Shown here: positions 44,327 to 56,967 of the stretch, one piece after another
How the letters are laid out: each line of letters starts with the position of its first letter
How positions within the stretch are numbered: the first letter of the stretch is position 1
Origin: Podarcis gaigeae
Lineage: Eukaryota
Length of the DNA: 64,000 nucleotides
Assembly: GCA_964106915.2 (NCBI GenBank)
Contig: OZ066931.1
Direction: 5' to 3' (one strand)
Notes under the pieces: generated by a model
Databases searched by the model: none
Told to the model about the DNA's origin: nothing
The model's input: only the letters and a program-made list of their open reading frames with translations
Position numbers and translations under genes: made by a program

Positions 44327-46321
44327 CGCGCAAATGTGCATTGGGGAATTGGGTACCCAACTGAGTCTTTGACCCAAGTGAAATAAAGCCTGGTTTCGCC
44401 TCTGGGATGGATTGCACCACTCACCTGTCACGGTTTGCCCACATGGTGGACGAAAAAGTCTCCCCACCCTTGCATAAGCAATGCAATTAACCTTCTGCAG
44501 TGTTGTTCGCACGGTACATGCTCAGGTTGTCTCAACAACTGTGAGATTTGCAGATTGGCAGGCAAAGCAATACTAAAAATTACTCCCTGAAGATAGATTT
44601 GAAAACCACTGCTGTACAAAAGAAGGCACGGTTTTCATCACATTTCCCTGCTCCCCCTTCTGGAAGCTTTGACAACGTGCGTGATGTGAGCTGCAGAGGG
44701 GCTTGCCTCTTCTCCCTGCTCCCATTTGCGTTGCTCTGTTTAGGTCAGGGCTGCAGAACAGCATCTAGACCTGGCATCCCCAAACTTGGCCCTCCAGCTG
44801 TTTTGGGACTACAACTCCCATCATCCCTGACACTGGTTCTGTTAGCTAGGGATGACGGGAGTTGTAGTCCCAAAACAGCTGGAGGGCCGAGTTTGGGGAT
44901 GCCTGATCTAGAGGGCCACACTGGTTTCCTGTTCCTGGTTTAAAACAACAACAACATTTTTTATTTATACCCCGCCTTCCCCAGCCAAGGCCGGGCTCAG
45001 GGCGGCTAACAAGCAATAATAAAAACAAGTTGAATGAATACAACTTAAAAACAAGATTAAAATACAACATTAAAATATTGAAACATTAAAATATTAAAAT
45101 ATAGCCTCATCGCAGGAGGAGAAAGGAAAAGAAAAATTAAAGAGGGGGAGGGGATCAAGTTGATCCCAAGCCAAAGGCCAGGCGGAACAACTCTGTCTTA
45201 CAGGCCCTGCGGAAAGAAATCAGATCCCGCAGGGACTTGGTCTCAGGAGACAGAGCGTTCCACCAGGCCGGAGCCAGTGCTGAAAAGGCCCTGGCTCTGG
45301 TTGAAGCTGATCTAACTTCCTTAGGGCCCGGGACCACTAGGTAATGGTAATGGTACCCCTGCCCGTACGGGCCAGTCTTGCCAGACTCTGGGGTTGTGCG
45401 CCCATCTCACTCAAGAGGCCAGGGGCCAGCGCTGTCCGAAGACACTTCCGGGCCACATGGCGAGCGTGACATCGCTGCTCTGGCGAGCCAGAGCTGCACA
45501 CGGAAACGCCGTTTACCTTCCCGCTAGAAGCAGTCCCTATTTATCTACTTGCACCCGGAGGTGCTTTCGAACTGCTAGGTTGGCAGGCGCTGGGACCGAG
45601 CAACGGGAGCGCACCCCGCCGCAGGGATTCGAACCGCCGACCTTTCGATCGGCAAGCCCTAGGCGCTGAGGCTTTTACCCACGGCGCCACCCGCGTCCCC
45701 CCGGGACCACTAGGGCGTTGCTATTTATGGACCTTGAGGCTCTCTGTGGGGCAGACCGGGAGAGGTAGTCCCGGAGGTACGAGGGTCCTAGGCCGTTTAG
45801 AGTCTCATTGGGTGCTATCTCTCGGTTTCTTTTCTCTCTCTTGTCTGTCTGGGTGTCTTCCATCCCATCAAAAGCTTATGTTGTAAAAAACCTGTTAATC
45901 TTCAGAGCAGGACTCCTGTTTTCAGCATCAGTCTGGCACAGCAGCCTAGCTCTTTTGGAAGGCCTCTTGGAGGAGGCAGGGTGTCAAAATTTCTATACAG
46001 CAACACGATCTGCAAGAACTATGTCAAGGGCCTTGCTGACAATTTGGCCTTACTGGCAAGCAGTGGGTGCTAAGGGTGATGCAATCTGGCTGCGACTGAT
46101 GCAACTGCTCATCTCAATGCCTTATTCCCAGTGCCTTCTGTATTCCCGCTTACTATCCAAGTCTTGCTAAGATTCCTAAGAGATTCCTAAGATTCCGCCT
46201 GGATGCTGTTGGACTCCAGTTTCCACAGATACTTCTTCTTTTTATTATGTATTTTGTGTTTTTATTATGTAATTTTATTCTGTGAACTGCCTTGAGATTT
46301 TCAGATGAAGGGCCGTATACA

Positions 46322-46366
<45 letters not shown>

Positions 46367-49300
46367 TTATTATTTGTACCCCGCCCATCTGGCTGGGTTT
46401 CCCCAGCCACTCTGGGCGGCTTCCAACAAAGATGAAAGATACACTAAAATGTCACATATTAAAAACTTCCCTGAACAGGGCTGCCTTCAGGTGTCTTCTG
46501 AATGTCAGGTAGATGTTTATCGCTTTGACATCTGATGGGAGGGCGTTCCACAGGGCGGGCGCCACTACCGAGAAGGCCCTCTGCCCGGTTCCCTGTAACT
46601 TGGCCTCTCGCAGTGAGGGAACCACCAGAAGGCCCTCGGAGCTGGACCTCAGTGTCCAGGCAGAACGATGGGGGAGGAGACGCTCCTTCAGATATACTGG
46701 ACCAAGGCCGTTTAGGGCTTTAAAGGTCAGCACCAACACTTTGAATTGTGCTCGGAAACGTACTGGGAGCCAATGTAGGTCTTTCAAGACCGGTGTTATG
46801 TGGTCCCAGTCACCAGTCTAGCTGCCGCGTTCTGGATTAGTTGTAGTTTCCAAGTCACCTTCAAAGGTAGCCCCAAGTAGAGCGCATTGCAGTAGTCCAA
46901 GCGGGAGATAACCAGAGCATGCACCACTCTGGCGAGACAGTCTGCAGGCAGATAGGGTCTCAGCCTACGTACCAGATGGAGCTGGTAAACAGCTGCCCTG
47001 GATACAGATTTGACCTGTGCCTCCATGGACAGCTGTGGGACTTTGCAGTAGCTGGGCTTGCACTGCTTGCTCCCTCTTGCCTCCACCTGACTGAGGACCA
47101 GGTGGTAGTTGACCAAAGACATCCTGTTTCTAACCCCTGTTGCATACAGTGGTACCTCTGGATAAGAACCTACGGTAATTTGTTCCAGAGGTCCATTCTT
47201 AACTTGAAACTGTTCTTAACCTGAGGTACCACTTTAGCTAATGGGGCCTCCTGCTGCTGCTGCCACCGCACAATTTCTGTTCTCATCCTGAAGCAAAGTT
47301 CTTAACCCGAGGTACTATTTCTGTGTTAGTGGAGTCTGTAACCTGAAGCGTATGTAACCTGAAGCATATGTAACCCGAGGTACCAGTGTAGTCTGTTTGC
47401 TGCTGTTTAGACTAGAGTAAAGTACAGTGGTGCCTCAGGTTACAGATGCTTCAGGTTACAGACTCCGCTAACCCAGAAATAGTACCTCGGGTTAAGAACT
47501 TTGCTTCAGGATAAGAACAGAAATCGTGCTCCAGTGGCGCGGCAGCAGCAGGAGGCCCCATTAGCTAAAGTGGTGCTTTAAGTTAAGAACAGTTTCAGGT
47601 TAAGAACGGACCTCTGGAACGAATGAAGTACTTAACCCGAGGTACCACTGTAGTTGTAGAGGCTGAAGCAGCCTGCTGTGCTCTCTTTGGCCACAAGGTG
47701 GCAGGCGTGCATAATTTCTTACCTCTTACTGAAAATTCCTGAGGATGAGGACAGCAGCTGAGTCTACAAGCCAGTAGAGTAGACTCTTCAGAGTTGGGGA
47801 TTAAGCCACAAAGTGATGCCCTAATGAGTACATGCCGGACGCTTTCTCTGGACAGAACCACCACTTCTGGGCACTTGGACTGTAGTGAGGGCCAGGCAGC
47901 CCTTGGCCCTTTGTGCCAACTTTTTCTTTAGAAGCTTCTGAGATTAACAGTAAGAAGCCTAAAAGAGGTGAAATTCCAATTCCTAAAGTTATTCTCTCTT
48001 CTCCTGCCCACATAATGGGCTTTTATGTTTGCTATTCATTTTGCAGCCTGTTGAGAGTCAGACCATTCGTCCATCTAGCCCAGCATTGTCAGCACAGGCT
48101 GGCAGAGGCTGTACAGGGTTCAGCCAGAGGGTGTTCCTAGCCTTACCTGGAGGTGCTGAGGACTGACCCTGGGATAATCTGCATGCGGAGCAGACGCTCT
48201 ACCACGAAGATGTGGCCCTTTCCCCAGTGGAGGAAGATGGCCTCATGCTGAGTTAGAGCAGCTGTCCATCTAGATCAGCGGTTCTCAACCTGTGGGTCCC
48301 CAGATGTTGTTGGACTACAACTCCCACCATCCCTCAGCTCAGGCCTTGCTAGCTAGGGGTGATGGGAGTTGTAGTTCAGCAACATCTGGGGACCCACAGA
48401 CTGAGAAAGGCTGATCTAGGTTTTGCCATGCTGATTGGCAGCCACAGCCCCCAGGGGTTCAGGTGGGCTACCTGGAGATGCCACTTGGAGATTGAACCTG
48501 GGGCCTCCTGCTCCACCCCTCCCCCGTTGCCTGTGGTCCTTGCCGTTGGCAGCAGCTGCTCACAGAGGCCGGCTGAACCAGGGCTCATGTCCTCCCTGGC
48601 ACTGAGCAGGCTGCAGGGTCTCTGTTGTGTCCATTACGGTGCCTGTCCAGCCAGCTCTCTGGTTTGATGAGCAGCCGCTTTTGGCCGCAGAGGACAGCTG
48701 GCGAAGGGTGTGAACAATGCCTGTGGGCCATAAATCAGCAGCCTGGGTGCAGAGTTGCATGCAAAGGGAATGTGCTTGACTGTGCAGCTGGGGCTGGAAG
48801 TAGGGATTGGGGGGGGGGCGAGCTGTCGGCTTCCATATCTTTGCTGTGTGTGAGTGTCTGGCCAGGAGGCAGGATGTTCTGGTCTTGTGAGCTCAGCCCT
48901 TGGCCTTCGGGCTGCAGCTTCTCAGCTCACTTTCCCTTTCATTGTTGCAAAATGCGTTTGTTGTCCGTGCTCAGAATGGCTATACAGAGGGAACTGGGAG
49001 TCCTGGGCCAGATCTCACTCCCATAACGCTTCTCCAAGGTGGCTTTGCCCTTCCCTTGCCCTTGAAAGCATGTTGACTTGCAAGGTGGTTATTCAGAAAG
49101 GTAAAAAGCCTGCCCTTCCCTCTCTTGTGTCCTTGCTATCGAGAGAAGCTTTTTTAAAAACGGGATGGAGCATTTTCTCCAGGCGAGAGCTGCAAGCCAC
49201 CCTGCGCTGGGCTTCAGTTGGCATTGAAGCACTTGAAGGGACTGCCAGTGTTCTCTCGTTCCGCTTTGTGGCCTTGCGTTGGCAGCTCTTGCAGCCAGAG

Positions 49301-52300
49301 GAATCTGTGCTGAGGGCCATCTCTGCCTTGCGCTGGGTTTATTGCCACCTCACTCCCTTCTCTGACCGACATTTCGGTCTGTGGCCTCTAACAGACAGTG
49401 GTCATCTGGGGGTGGCAAAAGCCTGTTTGACATCTGGCCAAGGCTGAGCTTTGTGGGCGGCACTCTTGGCCTGTGTCCTTCCACTCCCTTGTCGCGATCA
49501 GTCTGCTTGGTGGCTCCTGGATGGGGCAGCCTTCCTTCCCCTGGGCCAGTCCAAGCTGCCAGAAGGGCTTGCGTAAGCCTTGCAATGTAGCGCCTGGCTT
49601 GCAATGACTCTGGGGGCTGGCTCTGCATGGTTCCCTGTACGTTAGTCTGCCTCCTGTGGTGCCAGTGTGGTGTTGTGGTTGAGAGCGGTGGACTCGTAAT
49701 CTGGTGAACCGCATTCGCTTCCCTGCTCCTCCACACGCAGCTGCTGGGTGACCTAGGGCCAGCCACCCTTCTCTGAAGTCTCTCAGCCTCACAGAGTGTT
49801 TGTTGTGGGGGGGGGAGGGGAAAAGGAGAATGTTAGTCTCTTTGAGACTCCTTAGGGTAGTGATAAAGCGGGATATCAGTTCCAAACTCCTCGTCTCTTC
49901 TCCTACTGCTGAAAAGGAGCTGTTCCTTGAAAGGGCGATGTGTGGTGGCTTCTTTCGAGTCCAGGAAGCGTTGCCTCATTGTTCTTGCTCCTCTGGTGGG
50001 GATGGGGCAAGAAGTGATAAGGCTAAGATGGAGGGAAGCAGTGGTGATAGCAGGTGGAGGGTGGAGAAGAAGCTGCGTCTAAGCTGAGAGCCCTGGTGAG
50101 CAACAACCTCGTAAGAGAGGCCATATTTTGATATAAACAATTGCAGAAGGGCTGGCAGAATGGGTTCTCAGTGTGGAGCTGTGCCTGCATTGGCAGGGGC
50201 CACAACCACTTCTTGACTTGGGAGGCAGCAAAGGCTTTGGCCAAGCGCTCCACGGATCCTTCTGCCTTTTGCTCTCCTCTGTCTTGGTGTGGGGAGAGAA
50301 CTCCTGTGCTGCAGAATCTCTGCTGGTCGGGGTACAGACGATAGTGGGCTTGATAGACCAATGTCCTGACTCGTATAAGGCAGCTTTTTTTATCAAAGGT
50401 TTGCGGAACCTCAACAAGAAGCAGGATTGGGGATCCTAAGTAGCTCTATGGATAATTCTGGACTCCAGGTTGTGTCAGCCCCAGCCAGCACGGCCCGTGG
50501 CCACGGCTGGTGGGAGATGGTGGTCCAGCAACACCCAGAAAGTCACAGGTCCCTATCCTTGAACTTTTGACGTGAAGCACAGTCTTCTCTACTGCAGTTA
50601 AACCCATGATCCTGTTGATGGCAAGACCGGCCTTCCATTTTCTTACCAGTCTTCTCTGGTCAGAGACATTGTTAGACCTTGCTGTTCTGTTTTCCCCAAA
50701 GGGTATGCATGGCTCAGTCGTTTTATGACCGGAGGTGGGGGCTTCAGTGATCCAGCTGATAAAGCACTACTGGGTTCAGATTCAAGTCCCACCTGGTTAG
50801 CCTTGGGCAAGGCCTAGTTGTGTTCCTTGCTTGCTTTCCCCAGTATTCAGAGACAGCCTTGGTGGGTAAGGAAGCTACTGTCACTCCCAGTTTCCAGTAC
50901 AAAATCCTCCTTTCCCAAGGCCAGTAGGAAAACCTGTGACGGACCTGGAAATTGAACCCGGTGCTTTATCAACTAGGTCACTCCAGTGCCCTTTACAGCA
51001 GACCCAGATCTAAAGACCTCTCTGTGTGTGTCTTAACTCTCTTGTTGACTTGGTTTGCGATGCCCTCTTTGAGCCACCTTCTGCCTCTGTCCTTGCAGTC
51101 TGCTGAGACGCCTGGTCACCCTCATCTCCCAGCACGCCACCGTCCTGGCTTCGAACGAAGCCTTCAAGAAGCAGGCAGAAGGAGCTAGCGATGCGGCCAA
51201 GAAGTACATGGAGGAGAACGACAAGCTAAAGAAGGTATGGGCTCCTGCCTGGGCCAGAGGCACAGGGAAAGCTGCCGTGGGGCAGTTTTAACTTTGGCAG
51301 ATTGCTGCAGTGTTGTTACAAACGTGAGTTTTGAGGCTCCCCTCAGTTTTAGCAGCGGATGGCCCTGCTGGATGCTAGTCCCTCTGCTCTTGAGGAAACA
51401 CAGGTGCAGTGGCCCCTCTGGGCAGTAGTTTGCACACTTCCACGCATCCTCAGACTTCAGAGGTCTGATTTATGGGTGTATTGGTTGGTGTCTGTAATCC
51501 TATAAGGCTCTGAGACTGTCTGTCACACTATATACCCGGTCCCCTTTTATGGCAGTAACCTTACCCAAGGGGTTAATCGCCCACTGGTGCCTTGTTTTTT
51601 CAGGAATACTTGGTGGGTGACTTTGACCTACAAGATTGCTGCACTAGCAAATGCCAAGCATTCGAAGCAGCTGGCATTGCAACCCGCTCCCTCGATAGCC
51701 TGGTGTTGGTGAGAGGCTTGCTGGCACCTAAATATGGAGTATACCTCAAAATGGGTTCAAGATGGTGTTGGCTAACCCTCCGGTAGTCAAGGCACACTTT
51801 CTGAATTTACATGTGAGGCAGGCTTTCTTCCGTCCGCCACATTTTTCTTCAGTGAAGGTGTGGGGAGGAAGATGTAGCCCACTGTGGCCTACCTGTGACC
51901 AGCAGGTGGTCTCCTGGGGCTTGGGGGCCCTTTCTTGGCACCAGGAGACATCTGGAATTGGACCTGGGACGTTCTGCATGCAGAGCAGGTGACCCCTCCA
52001 AGCTAGTGTGGTGTAGTGGTTAAGAGCAGTAGTCTCGTAATCTGGGGAACTGGGTTCGCGTCTCCGCTCCTCCACCTGCAGCTGCTGGGTGACCTTGGGC
52101 CAGTCACACTTCTCTGAAGTCTCTCAGCCCCACTCACCTCACAGAGTGTTTGTTGTGGGGGAGGAAGGGAAAGGAGAATGTTAGCCGCTTTGAGACTCCT
52201 GAAGGGGAGTGAAAGGCGGGATATCAAATCCAAAACGCTTCTTCTGCATTTCCTGGAATTGCCTCCCTCCAGCGAGAGCGCAGAGGTGTTGTAGGCCAAT

Positions 52301-55300
52301 CTCTTCTGGGCAGGGGTATAGCGCCATTTGCCAGAACCAGGGGTGGCGCAAATGCTCACCAGTGGGAGTGGAACGCATTCGCCCAGCTCTTGCTGCTGAA
52401 CGCTGCCAGGCAGGTGCTCATGCGCCGGGCAGGGTAGGGGCACAGAGGGTGCTCTTTGCCCTTGGCACTCACCCAGTCCTCACTGCCGGAGCCAGGCAGG
52501 GCGCGACAGAGATGCTGGTTTGCTCCCCTCCAAGATTTGTGTGCCAGGGCCATGACCCGCCCCATCTCCTGGGTGGCAAATAGCTTTGCTGATTTTTTGC
52601 CTTGAGAACACTGGGATGATCTAATGAAGGAGCTAAGCTCCTCTGAAGCCATACCTTCTGACCACTGGAAATCTTCTTGCTTGGTTCTTTTAAAAACAAA
52701 CTCCCAAACCTTTCAGCATCATGCATGGTGCTTGTGACAATCTTGCAAAGGGAAACTATAACTGCGGCCTTCTGAACTGGTGTTGAACTACAGCTCCCAT
52801 CATGCTTGACTGTGGGCCATGCTAGCTGAGGCTGATGGGAGTTTCCCCCCAGAAATATATGGAGTGCCAGGTTCTCCATCCCTGGTATAGGACATTGTGC
52901 TCTGCCAGGAGAAATATTACATGGTGGAGGTCACCAACTCAGCACCCACAAGCAAGGTGGCACCTGGAGAGGCTTTCATTGGTACCTTTGGGCAGGGGCT
53001 CCGGACTCTGAGCTTTCCTTTTTCTAAAGAAGCAAGTCTCTTGCCCTTCTAGACAGTGAAATGGGAAGCAAAATATGCAGGTACCCCTTCTAAGAAATTT
53101 CTGTGAAACAAGCTGGACTGACTGCTCCAACCATTTTAGCCAATGAGTTGTTTGGACACCAGGCTATAGTTATTCCCGTGGTCCTAAAGAGTTGCTATTT
53201 TCCCCTCCTGTTCCGTGTTCCTTTTCTGCTTCAGACTTATTTTCAGGTCCTTGGAATTCCTGTAGTTGCCATTCCTTTTCCCCAGCAACCAGGATGCATT
53301 TTTCCTGCGGTCGGTTTTTATGAGATCAGGGTAGTCCCTAGAAATCATTTTCTGCAAATAATACTACACAGTGAGTGTGGGTGCATGCTATGGAATCCCT
53401 CCTCCCCACCAAAGGCAAAGGTTAGAACTTTGCAAACAGGCTGCGCCATCTCTCCTTCTGTGTGGGAGATAAGAATTCACTGCAGTACTAATGTGCACAT
53501 GTCTACTTGGACGCAACACAGGAGGAAAGTGTAGTTTGGCTGGCCAGTCCCTGCACCTCTCAATGGCAAACTTTCATTGAGACCAGAAACAGTTGCTCTA
53601 GGGTGGCTGGGTGTTTTTCAGTGTGTGTTTTTGCAAGCTTTTGAATTGTAGAGTTCACTGTGCATTTATTTTTTGAAAAACAAAACACCGTGTGTAAGCT
53701 GGCAGCAACGGAAAGGCACCCCGATGCAGCAGGGCACTGTGTAGTCTTGTACTTAAATGATGAAAGCGGTAATAACCAGTCTGCACTAGTAATTTTGCAC
53801 CCTTCTACTCGAGCACGGGTGCCCGAGGCCTATTCACACCTGGCTCACCCTGAGGGAACAAATACAGTCATACCTTGGGTTGCGAACGCTGCGGGTTACG
53901 TCTTTTCAGGTTGCGACCCGGAAGTACCAGAAAGTGTTACTTCCGGGTTTCACCGCATGTGCAGACATGCAAAATGACGTCATGCGCAGAAATGGTGAAT
54001 CACGACCCGCGCGTGCGCAGACGCGGGTTGCGTTCCTTTCAGGTTGCGAACGTGGCTCCGGAACGGATCCCGTTCACAACCAGAGGTGCCACTGTAATGT
54101 CTGAAAAGTCTGTAAAACCCTGACACCTGAAATATTTTGTTTCCATCTGCTTCCCCCTCTCCCTTGCAAAAGGAAAAGGTACATACCTGGGAGCTTTTAA
54201 GTTCCCTAAACATAGGCTTGCTAAATAGTCCCACAATCTTTACAGCTACAAAGCCTTGAAACTTCTGAGAACCTCGGCTTTGCTTCATAAGAATCCTGAA
54301 CTAGATCCCAGGTCTTCCCCACCCCCTCTTCACGTGGAGAATGCGGCTGTGAAAGTCAAGCTCTGTCGCATGGCAAGTGTGTTGGAGTTTCTGGGAATTC
54401 ATGGCAGATGCAGCTTCTGATGCAGAATCCAGATTTCCTTAGAAAATAAAAAAAGAGCAGGCTTCCTTCCACCGCATGATGGACAAAACAGGTGAAAGTG
54501 CCCCTGCATTCTCAAGTTTCAGCTTTGGAGGGTGGGGCTCCAACCTGGGGGCAGCTCCCTTTCATGCACATTCTTTCTTCCCTTGCCAGCTTTTCTCCTC
54601 TGAGGCCCAGCCCTACTTTCTGTCCTCCCTAACCAATAAAACTAAGCATGGAAATTCATGGAATTTCCATTTGCAGTGGGGTGAGAGGCCTCACATTTGC
54701 CTGTGTACCAAAGAGCCTTCAAACCTTATGTGCTTTTAAGCCACCACCCGCCATATGGGGCAGGCAAGCCCCACCACACTGGGTTGACCTGAGGGCACTG
54801 CCTTAAATATGGCAATAATTTTTATGGAGTCAAATAAATAAGGACTGTGCATTAGCAAGACAGCCTTGACCCTCTGGATAGTAGGGTGGCTTTGGTGTGT
54901 CTTCAATCTGTAGCCATAAACAGGATGCAAAGATAAAAATGCAAACCTTGCTCAAGGGCGGTGATTATGACTTGGGCTTTTGATAGTGCCCCAGTCCCTT
55001 GCGGTTGCTTTTTGGAGAGCTCTTCTCTCCCCCGTTCTCTGGCACTACAGACTGGCACAGCTAGAGATCGGCTTGGAATGGACTTTTCTGTTCCATTTAA
55101 AGTCATCTCTTGTGAATTTTGCTTGGGGAGGTTCTGCATCACAGGATGGGGATGTGGCACCCCGGTTTGGGAGGAAATCCCCCCTTTTCTCATTCATTTT
55201 CATAGAACCTTAGAATTGTAGAGTTGGAGAACCCTTCAGTGAGCCAGGATGCTCATTGCAAAAAACCCACCAATAAAAGAAGGGCAAATCAAAATTTTGT

Positions 55301-56936
55301 GAACATACATATTTGGCAAGATTCACAGCATTTTTAAGGGGATAATTAGACCAAAAATTAGTAAAAGAATGGGGTTGTGTTAAAGAATATATGAAAAAAC
55401 ATTGTCCTGGAGTAAGTATATCGGTATGTAATGAATGAAGCTTTGCAGGGTTAAAGAAAATGGTGCAAGAGGTATAAAGATAGAGGGAATCTGCACAAGA
55501 CACAACAATACAGAACGATTAAAAACTATGAGGTCTCAGAACAAAGGAAGGAAGTCAATATGTGTAACGATTAATATGACGATACGGTTTTCTTTGTAGG
55601 TGTGATTTTTATTTTTGTTTTCTTTTTTATCTTTGTTTTTTGTTTTGCTTTCCTTTCACCCCGACCATTAGATATGCTGCCTGGGGCTGGTGGGAATCCC
55701 TTACAGGCTTCCTTTGGACTAGCTTAACAGCATGTGAAGGGGCCACAGGGAACCCACCCTAACCCAGAGGGAGGTGGGCAGATCACTTTCTTGAACGCTG
55801 GCCCTGTTGCAGTATGTCTTGGGAGGGGTGTGCCAAGAGGATCAATGCAGAAGCTTCTCTAAAAACTGGCTGTGTACACATGATTCCCTCCCCACCCCCC
55901 AAAAAAAGAATACTGGGAACTGTAGGTGCTGGGTGTTGGGAATTGTAGCTCTGTGAGGGGGTATGCCACAGTTCCCAGGACTCTGGGGGACGTCATGTGC
56001 TTTCAATGTGCAGTGTGTACTCAGCCCATATTCCTGGCTGCTTGAGGCCAGCCAAGTTGAAGGGAACTGTGTATTCTAAAGACAACGGGAACTGGTCGAA
56101 CTTCTATTCTTGTTTGATTAAGGCAGTTTTATAAACAGCCCCTTCTTGGGTGTGGCAGGTCAGTCTCTTCAAGGTAACCAGGGAGGGAAGTTTTAACAAA
56201 AGATTCTGTGTCCTTCATTTTGGCCACCAATTACTTGGTACACGTTGATGTGTGAACTCAAAGGCTGATACCAACAAATTCAATGACATAAGCTTCCATT
56301 GATTTCAGTGGGTTACTCTGAGCATGATTGAGGTTGGACATCACCTATAGCAGGCGTGGCCAACTCCCAAGAGACTGTGATCTACTCATAGTGTTAAAGA
56401 CTACCCCCATTTTTGGGGTGGTGCACATCAAAAGTTGATGAGCTTTTTTTTAGGAAGGGAAGGGGGGCAGTTTTGGGGGGTGCAGAGCAAAAATAAAACG
56501 TTGAGCTTTTTTTAGAGGAGCAAAACTTTTTGAACTTTGGGGGGGGGGAGCCAGTGATCTACCGCAGACGTGCAGTGATCTACCATTGAAGGATTTCTAC
56601 TTTTTCAGATTGTCACAGGAGAGCTGGAATAATGTGTTGTAGCTGGTGGGAAGCCAATACACAGCCTTTGAAGTTGGTTGATGGAATAGTGTCATCCTGC
56701 AAAACACAGGCATGAGCAGATGCACACTTTCTACATCTCCATAGAATGGCTGCAGAACACGAGGGAGGATATTTTTAGGTTGCCATTTTGAAAGCAGTTT
56801 GAATTTAAGAATCCATGCATGTTGTAACTTCTGTGAAAGGAGATTCAGTGGCCCTTGAAGTGGCAATGGAGCAGCTGTATGTGCGACACAGTTGAATATT
56901 TGTGTATTTTGAATCTCTTTCTCTCTGTGCGTATAA

Positions 56937-56967
<31 letters not shown>

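Noticed and set aside
52005-52075. tRNA-like sequence (also at 49664 and the Sauria SINE heads)
   Set aside because: Continues into a SINE body and LINE-like tail; not a functional tRNA gene
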